This document shows, in pieces, positions 1 to 7,766 of a DNA stretch of 37,620 nucleotides. Each line of letters begins with the position of its first letter. The first letter of the stretch is position 1. Source of the DNA: an uncultured Rhizobiaceae bacterium (GTDB lineage Bacteria > Pseudomonadota > Alphaproteobacteria > ATCC43930 > CGMCC-115725); contig CAYMNX010000524.1 in the NCBI GenBank assembly GCA_964391905.1, positions 1 to 37,620 on the forward strand, read 5' to 3'. Below the pieces are notes generated by a model that did no database searches, was not told where the DNA came from, and saw nothing but the letters and a program-made list of their open reading frames with translations. A program made the translations under genes and the position numbers.

Positions 1-1015
1 GCGGAACGGGATAGGGATGGCGGTCCTTGCCGCCATGAGCGACCGAGAAGCGCGCCGGATCGGTAAAACGATAGGGCGCGCCATGAACGATTTCGGCGAC
101 CTGGGCCAGGGCGCGGACCGTACGCGCGCCGACGCCGGGTACGAGCAGAAGCGCCGCGAAATCCTTTGGCCCGCAATCGGCGGCAGCCGCCAAATTGCCG
201 TGCAAGCGCCGTGTCACGATGTCTTGCGGTCTGACATCGTGGTGATGAGGCATGACGAGGTGCGGTAGCGCGGGTTGAAGGTTGAGCCTGGGGTCTTGGG
301 CTTTCGTATCCTCAAGGCCCGCAAGTTCTCGCGTAATGCGGTCGGGCCCAAGCTCGCTCAGGATATCGATCTGCCGCCGGCGCGAGGCTTCCGCGCGCCG
401 GTCGGTTAGATTGACGATCACGCCCTGGTCGATGCCGTCGATCCCGGCGTGAGGCTCGTCGACGAAGCTCTTCAGCCCTTCGGAGAGCCAGTGATAGCGT
501 CGAGCTTGGCGACGCTCGCCGTTCATACCCTGTTGGACGACCACCCAGTGCCCGTCATCGGTGACGATGAAGCCGTGGAGATAGAGATCGAAACCATCTT
601 GGAGAGCCGCGCTGTCTACTTTGGCGACGAGCCGACTCGCTTTCGCAAGGGCGTTGCCGTCAATGCCGGTGCGATCCCCGATCGCGACAAGCTCACCAGG
701 CGTCTGACGCGAATGCTTGCCGCGCCCGCCGCAGACATGGAGGCCGAGCTCGCCCGCTCGCGGCGTCAGCCCGCGTTTCAGGGCGCCGATCACGCTGGTC
801 GTAATGCCCGAAGAATGCCAATCCATCCCCATGACCGCGCCAAATGACTGAAACCAGAAGGGATGCGCCAACCGCCGCAGGAATTCGGCGCGGCCATATT
901 CGAGGATGATCGCTTCGGTTATCACGACGCCAAGGCGGGTCATCCGATCCGCCAACCATTTCGGCACCTGCCCGCCATGAAGTGGCAGGTCGGCGCTGCC
1001 GGTACGGCGTGCCAT
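1..1015 (-). CDS. DUF763 domain-containing protein, partial (N-terminal ~338 codons; C-terminus lies beyond the left window edge)
   Basis: Absent from the supplied ORF track because it has no stop inside the window. Hand translation of the minus strand from ATG (complement of 1013-1015) gives MARRTGSADLPLHGGQVPKWLADRMTRLGVVITEAIILEYGRAEFLRRLAHPFWFQSFGAVMGMDWHSSGITTSVIGALKRGL...VAKVDSAALQDGFDLYLHGFIVTDDGHWVVVQQGMNGERRQARRYHWLSEGL. It stays open down to position 2. These motifs match my recollection of the DUF763 (PF05559) family. Track ORFs 449..847 (+) and 693..1484 (-) are shadow frames of it. Confidence 0.8.
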   Translation of the reverse strand, partial: MARRTGSADLPLHGGQVPKWLADRMTRLGVVITEAIILEYGRAEFLRRLAHPFWFQSFGAVMGMDWHSSGITTSVIGALKRGLTPRAGELGLHVCGGRGKHSRQTPGELVAIGDRTGIDGNALAKASRLVAKVDSAALQDGFDLYLHGFIVTDDGHWVVVQQGMNGERRQARRYHWLSEGLKSFVDEPHAGIDGIDQGVIVNLTDRRAEASRRRQIDILSELGPDRITRELAGLEDTKAQDPRLNLQPALPHLVMPHHHDVRPQDIVTRRLHGNLAAAADCGPKDFAALLLVPGVGARTVRALAQVAEIVHGAPYRFTDPARFSVAHGGKDRHPYPVP

Positions 1016-1256
1016 CAGCAGCCACCCCTCCTCGCGGCGAGAGTCGCGGCGTTGCGATGAAAGCCTGTCCGTTCAATCGACATGGCGAATGCGCGGTTGT
1101 CGGTGTGATCAATCCTGTTCGATAGCATAGGGCGATTATACCAGCTGTGCTTGCGGGGGATTTTGCGCAGGAACTCGTATCAGAGCAAGACGCAAGCTCT
1201 CGTCGGTACGGGCATCGCCCTATCACCTCTGATCTCACCTGTGGAAGGAAGAACCA

Positions 1257-1673
1257 ATGACGAAGTCGCGCACATTCGCCGTTGCCGCGGTCCTGACACT
1301 CGGCCTCAGCGGTTGCATGGGCGCTGGATTGCTGGCTCGGACCGGTGCCAAAAGCCTGTTTGGCGAAAAGGAAAAGCCTCCCGCCGAAAGGATTGCGGCA
1401 GCGCAGGAGGAGGCGATCGCCGCGGTTCACGGCGGAAGTCCCGACGTGCCGATCGCGTGGCATGATGCGAAGTCGGGAGTCCAAGGGACACTCATCGCGG
1501 TATCGGGCGGCGATGTTCCGGCCGAGTGTCGCCTATTCCAGCAGACCGTCATCCTTGCCGGCGAGACGCTTCAAGGGCGGGTCGTCGCCTGTTCCCAGGC
1601 GAGCGGCGCTTGGAAGCTTTCAGACAATCGGCTCAAGCCCAACGGTGATAAAGAAAGCGCCGGTCATCCGTAG
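1257..1673 (+). CDS. Lipoprotein with two-Cys C-terminal domain (resembles 17-kDa / RT0821-Lpp0805-type surface antigen domain)
   Basis: 138-aa track ORF. A GGAAGGAAG Shine-Dalgarno lies just upstream of ATG 1257. The N-terminus MTKSRTFAVAAVLTLGLSGC is a signal peptide plus lipobox (L-S-G-C). The C-terminal part is GTLIAVSGGDVPAECRLFQQTV...GRVVACSQASGAWKL; the family assignment is from memory only. Confidence 0.75.
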   Translation: MTKSRTFAVAAVLTLGLSGCMGAGLLARTGAKSLFGEKEKPPAERIAAAQEEAIAAVHGGSPDVPIAWHDAKSGVQGTLIAVSGGDVPAECRLFQQTVILAGETLQGRVVACSQASGAWKLSDNRLKPNGDKESAGHP

Positions 1674-1796
1674 AAGCCGAAAACACCGAGGCAGCATAAG
1701 TGCGGCGGGGGATTTGGGCGTGGTCACCCGTATCAGAATGAGAGGACCGCAAGCGCCAATCCGTGCCGCTTGCGAAATTATTCGGAGGTCATCGCT

Positions 1797-2348
1797 ATGA
1801 TGAAAGGACCAGCAGGCCGTTACCTGGCGACAGGCACCATGGCAGCCGCCCTCATCGCCTTTCTTGCGCAGCATGCGGAAGCAAGAGGCTGGACGGCGAG
1901 AGGGCCGCGTGGCGGGACGTGGAGCCACACAGTGACACCTTATAATGACGGCGGCGGCAATTTCGGGCGAACCGTCACGACGGCACGGCCCAACGGCCAG
2001 AGCGCGACCAGCACCTTCAATCGCAGCGTCAGTAACGGGACGATTACCGACAGTCACACTTTTACCGGATTCAATGGCACGACAACGTCCAAGACTCTGA
2101 CGCGAACGCCGGGCCAAGGCGGGACCGCAACCTATACAGGGCCCGCCGGCCATACCTATTCAGCGACAACGACGCCTTACAACAATGGCAACGGCAATTT
2201 CGGGCGCACGACAACCGTCAACGGCCCGGCGGGAACCACGACACGGCAGTTCACGCAGACCAATAACGGAAACGGTACCTATACCGATACGCGGAGCGTG
2301 ACCGTGCCGAATGGTCAGACCTATACCGGCTCGCTCACGCGCTATTGA
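1797..2348 (+). CDS. Secreted T/G/N-rich protein built from two tandem 74-aa modules (uncharacterised)
   Basis: This is the in-frame part of track ORF 1770..2348, whose listed start is TTG. ATG 1797 lies 8 nt after GGAGG (1784-1788). The signal peptide is MMKGPAGRYLATGTMAAALIAFLAQHAEA followed by RGWT. The mature protein has no hydrophobic core segments and contains two colinear modules (see repeat feature). Confidence 0.65.
   Translation: MMKGPAGRYLATGTMAAALIAFLAQHAEARGWTARGPRGGTWSHTVTPYNDGGGNFGRTVTTARPNGQSATSTFNRSVSNGTITDSHTFTGFNGTTTSKTLTRTPGQGGTATYTGPAGHTYSATTTPYNNGNGNFGRTTTVNGPAGTTTRQFTQTNNGNGTYTDTRSVTVPNGQTYTGSLTRY
1884..2342 (+). repeat. Intragenic tandem duplication: two 74-codon modules (1884-2105 and 2121-2342) separated by a 5-codon linker
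   Basis: Module 1 is RGWTARGPRGGTWSHTVTPYNDGGGNFGRTVTTARPNGQSATSTFNRSVSNGTITDSHTFTGFNGTTTSKTLTR. Module 2 is GTATYTGPAGHTYSATTTPYNNGNGNFGRTTTVNGPAGTTTRQFTQTNNGNGTYTDTRSVTVPNGQTYTGSLTR. They align without gaps, and I counted 33 of 74 identical positions by hand. The core motif is TPYN-x-G-x-GNFGRT. Confidence 0.8.
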
Positions 2349-2422
2349 GCCAACAAACGCGTTCACTCACCTATCCGACCGTCCTCGCATCGCCCCGTGA
2401 GATCATGCTGAGGCCTCTGTTC

Positions 2423-2443
2423 GCGGCGTTGCAGCGACGCCGC
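2423..2443 (+). terminator. Weak hairpin downstream of the tandem-module gene (possible terminator)
   Basis: A 7-bp GC-rich stem pairs GCGGCGT (2423-2429) with ACGCCGC (2437-2443) around a 7-nt loop, 75 nt after the stop at 2348. There is no clear U-tract. Confidence 0.2.
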
Positions 2444-2484
2444 TGTGAAGGATCGAAAATCCCGCACATGCGGGTCGGAGATCG

Positions 2485-3366
2485 ATGATGCATGTCCACC
2501 ACCTCTTTCGCCTATGGCCATTTATTCTTGGGTCGATCGTGCTCGAAATCGCATGGTACCTGCTCGTCCGGCGACGGTCCTACCCGTGGCGCGAGATGCT
2601 CGCCAGCATCGGCGTCGAGGTCCTGCGCGTGCCGGCGAAACTGTTGAGGCCGCTTACGATCGCGCCGCTGGCCTTCTTCGTCTGGTCGCATCGCCTGACC
2701 ACGATTCCGCTCAGCACGCCTTGGGGCATCGCGCTGCTATTCCTCGGCGAAGAGTTCGCCTACTACTGGATGCATCGTTCGGCACACCGGGTTCGCTGGA
2801 TGTGGGCTTCGCATGTCGTGCACCACACGCCCGAGCACATCCACTTCGCCAGCGCTCTTCGCGTCGGCGTCACGGAGTTGTTGTCTGGGAACTGGCTGTT
2901 CCATCTGCCGCTATACTTGCTTGGTTTCAATCCGGCGGCCGTTGCTGGAATGTCGAGCCTCAATCTCTTTTATCAGTTCTGGTTGCACACCGATCTCATC
3001 GGCCGGCTCGGCCCGCTCGAGTGGATCTTCAACACGCCATCGCACCATCGCGTGCATCACGCCTCGAACCGCGACTATCTCGACCGGAACTATGGCGGCA
3101 TTCTGATCATCTGGGACCGGCTTTTCGGCACTTTTGCGCAGGAGCGGCCGCAAACCAAGATCATCTATGGTTTGGTGCACCCAATTGGTAGCCTTAATCC
3201 GATCCGGATCGTCTTTCACGAATGGGGGGCGATGGGCCGCGATGTCGTCCATGCACAATCCTGGCGAGAACGGGCGAGGGAGCTCTTTGGGCCGCCTGGT
3301 GGTGGCGGTCTTGTGCGCCCTGCGTCCGCAGCCACGCGAGAGGTCGTCGCGGTGGCCGCCGAGTAG
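2485..3366 (+). CDS. Sterol desaturase / fatty acid hydroxylase superfamily membrane enzyme
   Basis: 293-aa ORF with three histidine boxes typical of the family: HRSAH, HVVHH and HHRVHH. It also has N-terminal hydrophobic helices and the family-typical NYGGILIIWDRLFGT segment. Confidence 0.85.
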   Translation: MMHVHHLFRLWPFILGSIVLEIAWYLLVRRRSYPWREMLASIGVEVLRVPAKLLRPLTIAPLAFFVWSHRLTTIPLSTPWGIALLFLGEEFAYYWMHRSAHRVRWMWASHVVHHTPEHIHFASALRVGVTELLSGNWLFHLPLYLLGFNPAAVAGMSSLNLFYQFWLHTDLIGRLGPLEWIFNTPSHHRVHHASNRDYLDRNYGGILIIWDRLFGTFAQERPQTKIIYGLVHPIGSLNPIRIVFHEWGAMGRDVVHAQSWRERARELFGPPGGGGLVRPASAATREVVAVAAE

Positions 3367-3434
3367 AGACGGCACCATGGCCATTTCGCTGCCAGATCTC
3401 GAAGGCAGTCCGACGCGAAGCGCGTCGCGTTAGG

Positions 3435-3461
3435 GGGAAAATAGCCCTGTGTTTCGTATAA
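3435..3461 (+). promoter_or_regulatory. Candidate promoter upstream of the ECF sigma gene
   Basis: A perfect TATAAT hexamer at 3456-3461 is rare in this GC-rich DNA. It is preceded by GGAAAA at 3435-3440. The spacing fits neither a canonical sigma70 nor an ECF (GGAAC-N16/17-CGT) promoter well, so this is only a candidate. Confidence 0.2.
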
Positions 3462-3578
3462 TCGATGATGCCGAAGATGAGGACGGCGCGCATGGGATCC
3501 GAATATGCGGAGAGGCTGGGACCGGCGGCTGCCTGGCTTCTGCTGGCTCCCGATGAGACTCATCGCGGCAAGCCGCGC

Positions 3579-4160
3579 ATGAGCAATCCGCGAATTTATG
3601 AGACGGCATCGGATGCGGAGCTCGTCTCCCGGTCCGCGCATGGCGACAGAGGAGCCTTCGATGAGATCGTTACCCGTCATGGCCCTTTCGCCCTGCGGGT
3701 CGCGTCGCGACTCATTCCCGACCCGCTGATCGCCGAGGATGTGGTTCAGGAAGCGATGATGCGGGCGTGGTCGCAGGCACGCCATTTCGACGCAAGGCGG
3801 GCGCGATTTACGACATGGCTCTACCGCATCGTCGTGAATCTCTGCATCGATCAACGCCGACGCATACAGCTGCAAAGCGTGCCCGACAATTTCGATGCCG
3901 CCGATCCCGCGCCCGGTGCGGATGAGATGATGGCCATCAACGAGCGTCGCGATGCCCTTGCGGCAGCCCTCGAGGGCCTGCCGGTGCGTCAACGCGCGGC
4001 GATGACGCTGGTTTACGATGAGGGCCTATCCGGCGCCGAGGCGGCTCGGGTTCTGGGTCTGTCGGCCAAGGCCGTGGAGCGTCTCTTGGCTCGGGCGCGA
4101 GCCTACCTCCGAGACCGCCTGCAGCCCGAACTTGATGGGAAGGAGATTGAGAGATGCTGA
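3579..4160 (+). CDS. ECF-type RNA polymerase sigma factor (sigma-70 family, regions 2 and 4)
   Basis: Track ORF 3465..4160 trimmed to the in-frame ATG 3579 (MSNPRIYETASDAELV...). The upstream 38 codons are not sigma-like and would overlap the candidate promoter. Region 2 is FDEIVTRHGPFALRVASRLIPDPLIAEDVVQEAMMRAW...TWLYRIVVNLCIDQRR. Region 4 is LPVRQRAAMTLVYDEGLSGAEAARVLGLSAKAVERLLARAR. The start codon choice is uncertain. Confidence 0.85.
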   Translation: MSNPRIYETASDAELVSRSAHGDRGAFDEIVTRHGPFALRVASRLIPDPLIAEDVVQEAMMRAWSQARHFDARRARFTTWLYRIVVNLCIDQRRRIQLQSVPDNFDAADPAPGADEMMAINERRDALAAALEGLPVRQRAAMTLVYDEGLSGAEAARVLGLSAKAVERLLARARAYLRDRLQPELDGKEIERC

Positions 4161-4633
4161 CACTTAAGCGGTTCAGGGCGATGGTGGACAGCTATGGCGC
4201 AAATCTGCAGCGATGGCCGGAAGAGCGGCGAAGCGAGGCGCAAAAGCTCCTCAATACCTCGGCCGAAGCGCGTGACCTGCTCGTTAAGGCACGCGCGCTG
4301 GACGAGGTGATTGAGACGGCACGCGCCGTCGAAGACGCGAGGCGCTGGAGCGGTGGTGAACGGGATGCGGCGCTTGCCAGACTGCGAGCCGGCGTCGCGT
4401 CGCGGATTACCGCGTCGACGCCGCGCGCGCGACCGGGTCGGGGCCTGCGGCCGGCAAGGAGCGCCCGGTGGATGCTGGCTTTTCCACTTCGCGCGGCAGG
4501 AATGGCTGCTGCTGGCGGATGCGCCATCATCGCCGGACTTTTGATCGGGTCGGTCTATGTGTCCGAGCCGGTGACGGACGGTATGCTGGCATTGCTGCTG
4601 CAGCCGGCGCCGATCGACATCCTATCGGATTAG
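4154..4633 (+). CDS. Putative anti-sigma factor / sigma-associated membrane protein (single TM)
   Basis: ATG 4154 overlaps the sigma stop (ATGCTGA, 4154-4160), which suggests translational coupling. The cytoplasmic N-terminus is MLTLKRFRAMVDSYGANLQRWPEERR. One hydrophobic helix (AAGMAAAGGCAIIAGLLIGSV) lies near the C-terminus. No HxxxCxxC zinc motif is present. The role is inferred from position and topology. Confidence 0.6.
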   Translation: MLTLKRFRAMVDSYGANLQRWPEERRSEAQKLLNTSAEARDLLVKARALDEVIETARAVEDARRWSGGERDAALARLRAGVASRITASTPRARPGRGLRPARSARWMLAFPLRAAGMAAAGGCAIIAGLLIGSVYVSEPVTDGMLALLLQPAPIDILSD

Positions 4634-4644
4634 CGTGGCGAGCG

Positions 4645-5118
4645 ATGACGGAGCTGAATCCGACTTTTTCACTTTGGCGACGGATCATCCTGCCCGCCTC
4701 GATCATCTTGAATCTTTTTCTCATGGCGTTGATCGGTGGTCATCTGTGGCAAGTCCGCAGTGGCGGGGCAATTTCCGGAATGCCGCTGGTGCGCGCGCTC
4801 CGCAACACGGAAGCCATCCTGCCACGATCGGATGCGGCCGCATTCGGTGGCGTCATGCGCCGCGATCTGCCGCAGTATATCGCGGCCGCGCGGCGGCTCA
4901 GGCAGGCTCGCCTGGAGCTTCGGCGTCAAATCACGGCGGAACATTTTGATCAGGATCAAGCGCGGAAGGCATTGGCGGCATGGCAGACCGCCTGGAATCA
5001 GTTCATGGGGGATGTCAGTGGTCCACTTGTCGATGCGTTGGCCCAGATTTCTCCGGATGGGCGACGTAAGCTTGTCGCCGCACGTCAAGCGACGGAAAGA
5101 ACGCTGCCCTCGCCTTGA
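4645..5118 (+). CDS. Periplasmic Spy/CpxP-like protein (heavy-metal-sensor / Metal_resist-type), N-terminally anchored
   Basis: Track ORF 4468..5118 trimmed to the in-frame ATG 4645, which is 12 nt after the anti-sigma stop. It has an N-terminal TM (IILPASIILNLFLMALIGGHLW) followed by a helical domain with RRLRQARLELRRQITAEHFDQDQARKALAAWQTAWNQF...ISPDGRRKL. This is the pattern of the periplasmic heavy-metal-sensor family as I recall it. Confidence 0.6.
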   Translation: MTELNPTFSLWRRIILPASIILNLFLMALIGGHLWQVRSGGAISGMPLVRALRNTEAILPRSDAAAFGGVMRRDLPQYIAAARRLRQARLELRRQITAEHFDQDQARKALAAWQTAWNQFMGDVSGPLVDALAQISPDGRRKLVAARQATERTLPSP

Positions 5119-5203
5119 ACCCCCAACTGGCGCCGTTCCTCTCGGCCTCGTTTCTGTGATCAGACGGATCGCCGATCGGCGCAAATTTTATGCCGGCAGG
5201 AAT

Positions 5204-5232
5204 GTCGCAAAGCGACCGCCGCTTCGTATCAT
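5204..5232 (+). promoter_or_regulatory. Candidate promoter of the EF-hand gene
   Basis: A -10-like TATCAT lies at 5227-5232, 25 nt before ATG 5257. The -35 region (tgtcgc around 5204-5209) is poor. The decamer TTCGTATCAT differs at one position from TTCGTATAAT upstream of the sigma gene. Confidence 0.2.
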
Positions 5233-5256
5233 CCATACAACAACGACGGAGTACAC

Positions 5257-5574
5257 ATGATCCGGTCTACGAAGCGCGCTTCTTTGGCGCTGACGGCCTT
5301 GGCTGCGATGGCGACCCTTGTCGGCGTATCGGTTGCCCAAGCGCAAATGAGGGGAAACTTCGATGACGCCGACATGAATCGCGACGGGCACGTGACGCTT
5401 CAGGAATACGAGAACTACGTGACAAGCCGGTTGGCGGCCGCGAATGGCCGCCTCGCCCAAAGGTTCAAGAAGCTCAGCCCGCAAGATCAGGCGGCTCGTC
5501 TCCAACAGCGGTTCGAGAAAATGGATCACGGCAAGAAGGGATATCTCGACCGGAACGACTGGAGTGGCTCGTGA
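5257..5574 (+). CDS. Secreted EF-hand calcium-binding protein
   Basis: 105-aa ORF with signal peptide MIRSTKRASLALTALAAMATLVGVSVAQA. It has two EF-hand-like loops: DADMNRDGHVTLQE and EKMDHGKKGYLDRNDW. Confidence 0.75.
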   Translation: MIRSTKRASLALTALAAMATLVGVSVAQAQMRGNFDDADMNRDGHVTLQEYENYVTSRLAAANGRLAQRFKKLSPQDQAARLQQRFEKMDHGKKGYLDRNDWSGS

Positions 5575-5653
5575 CGCTGGATGTTTCTGGCGGCGGTCCG
5601 GCATGTATCACGGCCGCGCGACGTCAATCCTGGCAATGGAAGGAGAGTGCTCG

Positions 5654-5968
5654 ATGCTTCGGAAGCTTGTGCTGACATCCCTCTTGGTCGCAGGAGCAGC
5701 GGCGGCGGCCGTATCTCCTGCCGATGCCCGAGGGTGGACCTACACGGGACCTCACGGCGCCACCATCACGCATTGGGGATCGGGCCCTTGTTGCTATCGG
5801 GGCGGCGTTGCTGTCGGTGCGATCGCCGGCTTCGCCGTAGGCACGGCTGTTGGCGTCGCAGCCGCGGCACGACCCGTGCTGCCCCCACCCGTTGTCTATG
5901 CGCCGCCGCCTGTCGTCTATGCGCCGCCTGTCATCTACGCTCCCGGTGCCTACTACTATGTGCGCTAG
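5654..5968 (+). CDS. Small exported/membrane protein: RGWT-GP-G N-terminal motif, Gly-zipper segment, PPPVVYA repeats
   Basis: Track ORF 5444..5968 trimmed to ATG 5654, which is preceded by GGAAGGAGAG (5637-5646). The signal peptide is MLRKLVLTSLLVAGAAAAAVSPADA. The mature protein is RGWTYTGPHGATITHWGSGPCCYRGGVAVGAIAGFAVGTAVGVAAAARPVLPPPVVYAPPPVVYAPPVIYAPGAYYYVR. Confidence 0.6.
   Translation: MLRKLVLTSLLVAGAAAAAVSPADARGWTYTGPHGATITHWGSGPCCYRGGVAVGAIAGFAVGTAVGVAAAARPVLPPPVVYAPPPVVYAPPVIYAPGAYYYVR
5882..5944 (+). repeat. In-frame tandem repeat (21 + 21 + 18 nt) encoding PPPVVYA / PPPVVYA / PPVIYA
   Basis: Read directly: ccc cca ccc gtt gtc tat gcg | ccg ccg cct gtc gtc tat gcg | ccg cct gtc atc tac gct. 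Confidence 0.8.
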
Positions 5969-6396
5969 CAAAGGTGCCGGCAGGGATCCATCCCTTCCGT
6001 ATTAGCGGAATTTTTTGATCCGCCGGGCGTAACCGGCGCAGCCTCGGAGTGCCCATCGATTATTAAGCCGAGTTGCAGCAGCGATAACGTCTTCGTCTGG
6101 TTGGTCGCAGCGGCTTGCCGCAGATGGTGAAGCGCCACCAGCGCCGGATGGAATGAACGATCGAATTGACCTTCCGGCCGTGCTTTGTAGATCGCGGCGT
6201 GGATGAATACTTCGATCGGCGCGCTGAGCTCCGGCTTGGCGGCGCCGATGAACTTCCCATCGAGGTCGCCCTCGACGATCTTCTTGTTCATGGTGTAGCG
6301 GACCTCGGCTCGAGTCCCGACGCCGCCTTGACTTGCGGCGGCTTCGACCGGTAACAACCCTCGCTCGTTGCGGTCGTCTCTGACAACGCGGCGCAA
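5965..6396 (-). pseudogene. Decayed class II aldolase/adducin-family gene remnant (multiple frameshifts, C-terminal half missing)
   Basis: The frame of ORF 5965..6396 reads ERGLLP...IVEGDLDGKFIGAAKPELSAPIEVFIHAAIYKARPE, then loses the family motif. The expected continuation VNSIVHS and TICGKPLRP appears in the frame of ORF 6063..6260. HPALVAL reappears in the first frame. That requires at least three 1-nt indels. No room is left for the C-terminal half before the neighbouring gene at 5968. Confidence 0.4.
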
Positions 6397-6483
6397 TGAT
6401 GGGAGGGCAATGTCCGGTGACGGCCAAAATCGACGCGGCTCGCTGCGACGCCAGCCCGATGCCGTCGGGTATATAGATTCAGG

Positions 6484-7746
6484 ATGAGCGAGGCGGCCGG
6501 TCAGTCGCGCGAAGAACCCAACGAATCTGCGCGCCTCGATACGCCGCGCGGCAGCGCGGCGGTTTCCTGGGACGCGTTCTTTTCGACCTATCTGCCGGCG
6601 CTCGTCTTGGCGGTGGGGGCAGGCGTCGCACTGCCAGCCGTGCCAACGCTCGCGAAGTCATTCGGCGTCAGCTTCGGCGTCGCCAGCGGCGTCATCACCG
6701 CATTTCTCTTGGGCAACCTCGCCGGTACGATCCCTTCGGGTTGGTTGATCGACCGCTTCGGCCGCCGTGTCGTGTTGATTGCCGGACCGCTGCTGACTTC
6801 GGCGGTTGGCTTCATGGTCGCTTTCGCGCACTCCTTTCCGGAATTGTTGATCCTTCGCTTTTTCGGCGGCTGCGCGGCGCAGATGTGGGTGATGGGCCGC
6901 TTGGCGGCCATATCGCAGGGCGCTGCTCCCGCGCAGCGCGGACGGCAGGTCAGTTGGATGTTCGGCATGGACGGCACCGGGCGGCTCGTGGGGCCGATCG
7001 TCGGCGGGTTTATTGCGGGTGCATGGGGCCCGCGCGCGCCTTTCGTCGTGTATGCGGTTCTCGCCTTGCTGGCACTCATTCCGACCTCAACGCTCGTCCG
7101 CGACATGGCGCATCGGAATCCTGGCGGCCGCGGCAGGGCGAGCGTCGCGCCGCGTACGCTTTCGCTGCGCGAGATCGTGATGCCGCGTCTCGTTTATTTC
7201 GGACTCACCCTGTTCGCAGGGCTCACCCGCGGACCGGTTCAAGCCGACCTGCTGCATCTCTATGCCGCTTTCGCCTACCATCTTGGCCCGAGAGAGATCG
7301 GCTATCTCGCCACCGCCGCGGCAGTCCTGTCCTTGCCGATCGGGTTCATTTCGGGCTGGATGATGGACCGTTTCGGTCGCAAACGCACCATGGTGCCCGG
7401 CTTTGTCGGCGTGACCATCGCGATGGTCGCGCTGGCCGTATCGGCATTTGCGCATCTTTCTCTCGCCTGGTATGTCGCGCTGTTCCTTGTTGGCGTCGCT
7501 CTGCAAGCCTTGACCGGAGGTTCGATCCAAACCGTCGGTACCGATGTTGCGCCGCCCGAGGCCCGTGGCACTTTTCTCGGTCTTTTTCGATTCACGGGGC
7601 AAGGCGGCGTGGCGCTCAGCCCGATCATCTTCGCGTTCCTTGCCGACGTGAATTATGGATCTTCATTCCTTTTTGTCGCCGCCTCGGCCGCCGTTGTGGC
7701 GTTCTTGCTCATCCGGCATGTACCGGAGACCAGAACAACCGGGTGA
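6484..7746 (+). CDS. MFS transporter
   Basis: 420-aa ORF with about 12 hydrophobic segments. It has the MFS signature loop GWLIDRFGRRVVLIAG between TM2 and TM3 and a second MDRFGRKRT loop in the C-terminal half. Confidence 0.85.
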   Translation: MSEAAGQSREEPNESARLDTPRGSAAVSWDAFFSTYLPALVLAVGAGVALPAVPTLAKSFGVSFGVASGVITAFLLGNLAGTIPSGWLIDRFGRRVVLIAGPLLTSAVGFMVAFAHSFPELLILRFFGGCAAQMWVMGRLAAISQGAAPAQRGRQVSWMFGMDGTGRLVGPIVGGFIAGAWGPRAPFVVYAVLALLALIPTSTLVRDMAHRNPGGRGRASVAPRTLSLREIVMPRLVYFGLTLFAGLTRGPVQADLLHLYAAFAYHLGPREIGYLATAAAVLSLPIGFISGWMMDRFGRKRTMVPGFVGVTIAMVALAVSAFAHLSLAWYVALFLVGVALQALTGGSIQTVGTDVAPPEARGTFLGLFRFTGQGGVALSPIIFAFLADVNYGSSFLFVAASAAVVAFLLIRHVPETRTTG

Positions 7747-7766
7747 TGCCGCTTTTCGCGCCGTGT

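Noticed and set aside
3465-3578. 38-codon N-terminal extension of the ECF sigma ORF (MMPKMRTARMGSEY...).
   Set aside because: It is not sigma-like. It would start 4 nt after the TATAAT box. ATG 3579 gives a normal ECF N-terminus. Still, the start is not proven.
5224-5232. The 9-mer TCGTATCAT upstream of the EF-hand gene recurs at 27889-27897 in the transporter promoter. It resembles TTCGTATAAT at 3452-3461. I considered it as a shared ECF regulon motif.
   Set aside because: The upstream -35 regions and spacings are not alike. The simplest reading is three independent -10-like boxes. They are kept only as individual low-confidence promoter candidates.
7519-7528. GGTTCGATCC, a tRNA T-loop-like decamer.
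   Set aside because: It lies inside the MFS coding frame. The flanks do not form a T-stem (ccgga vs tccaa) or an acceptor stem, so it is not a tRNA.
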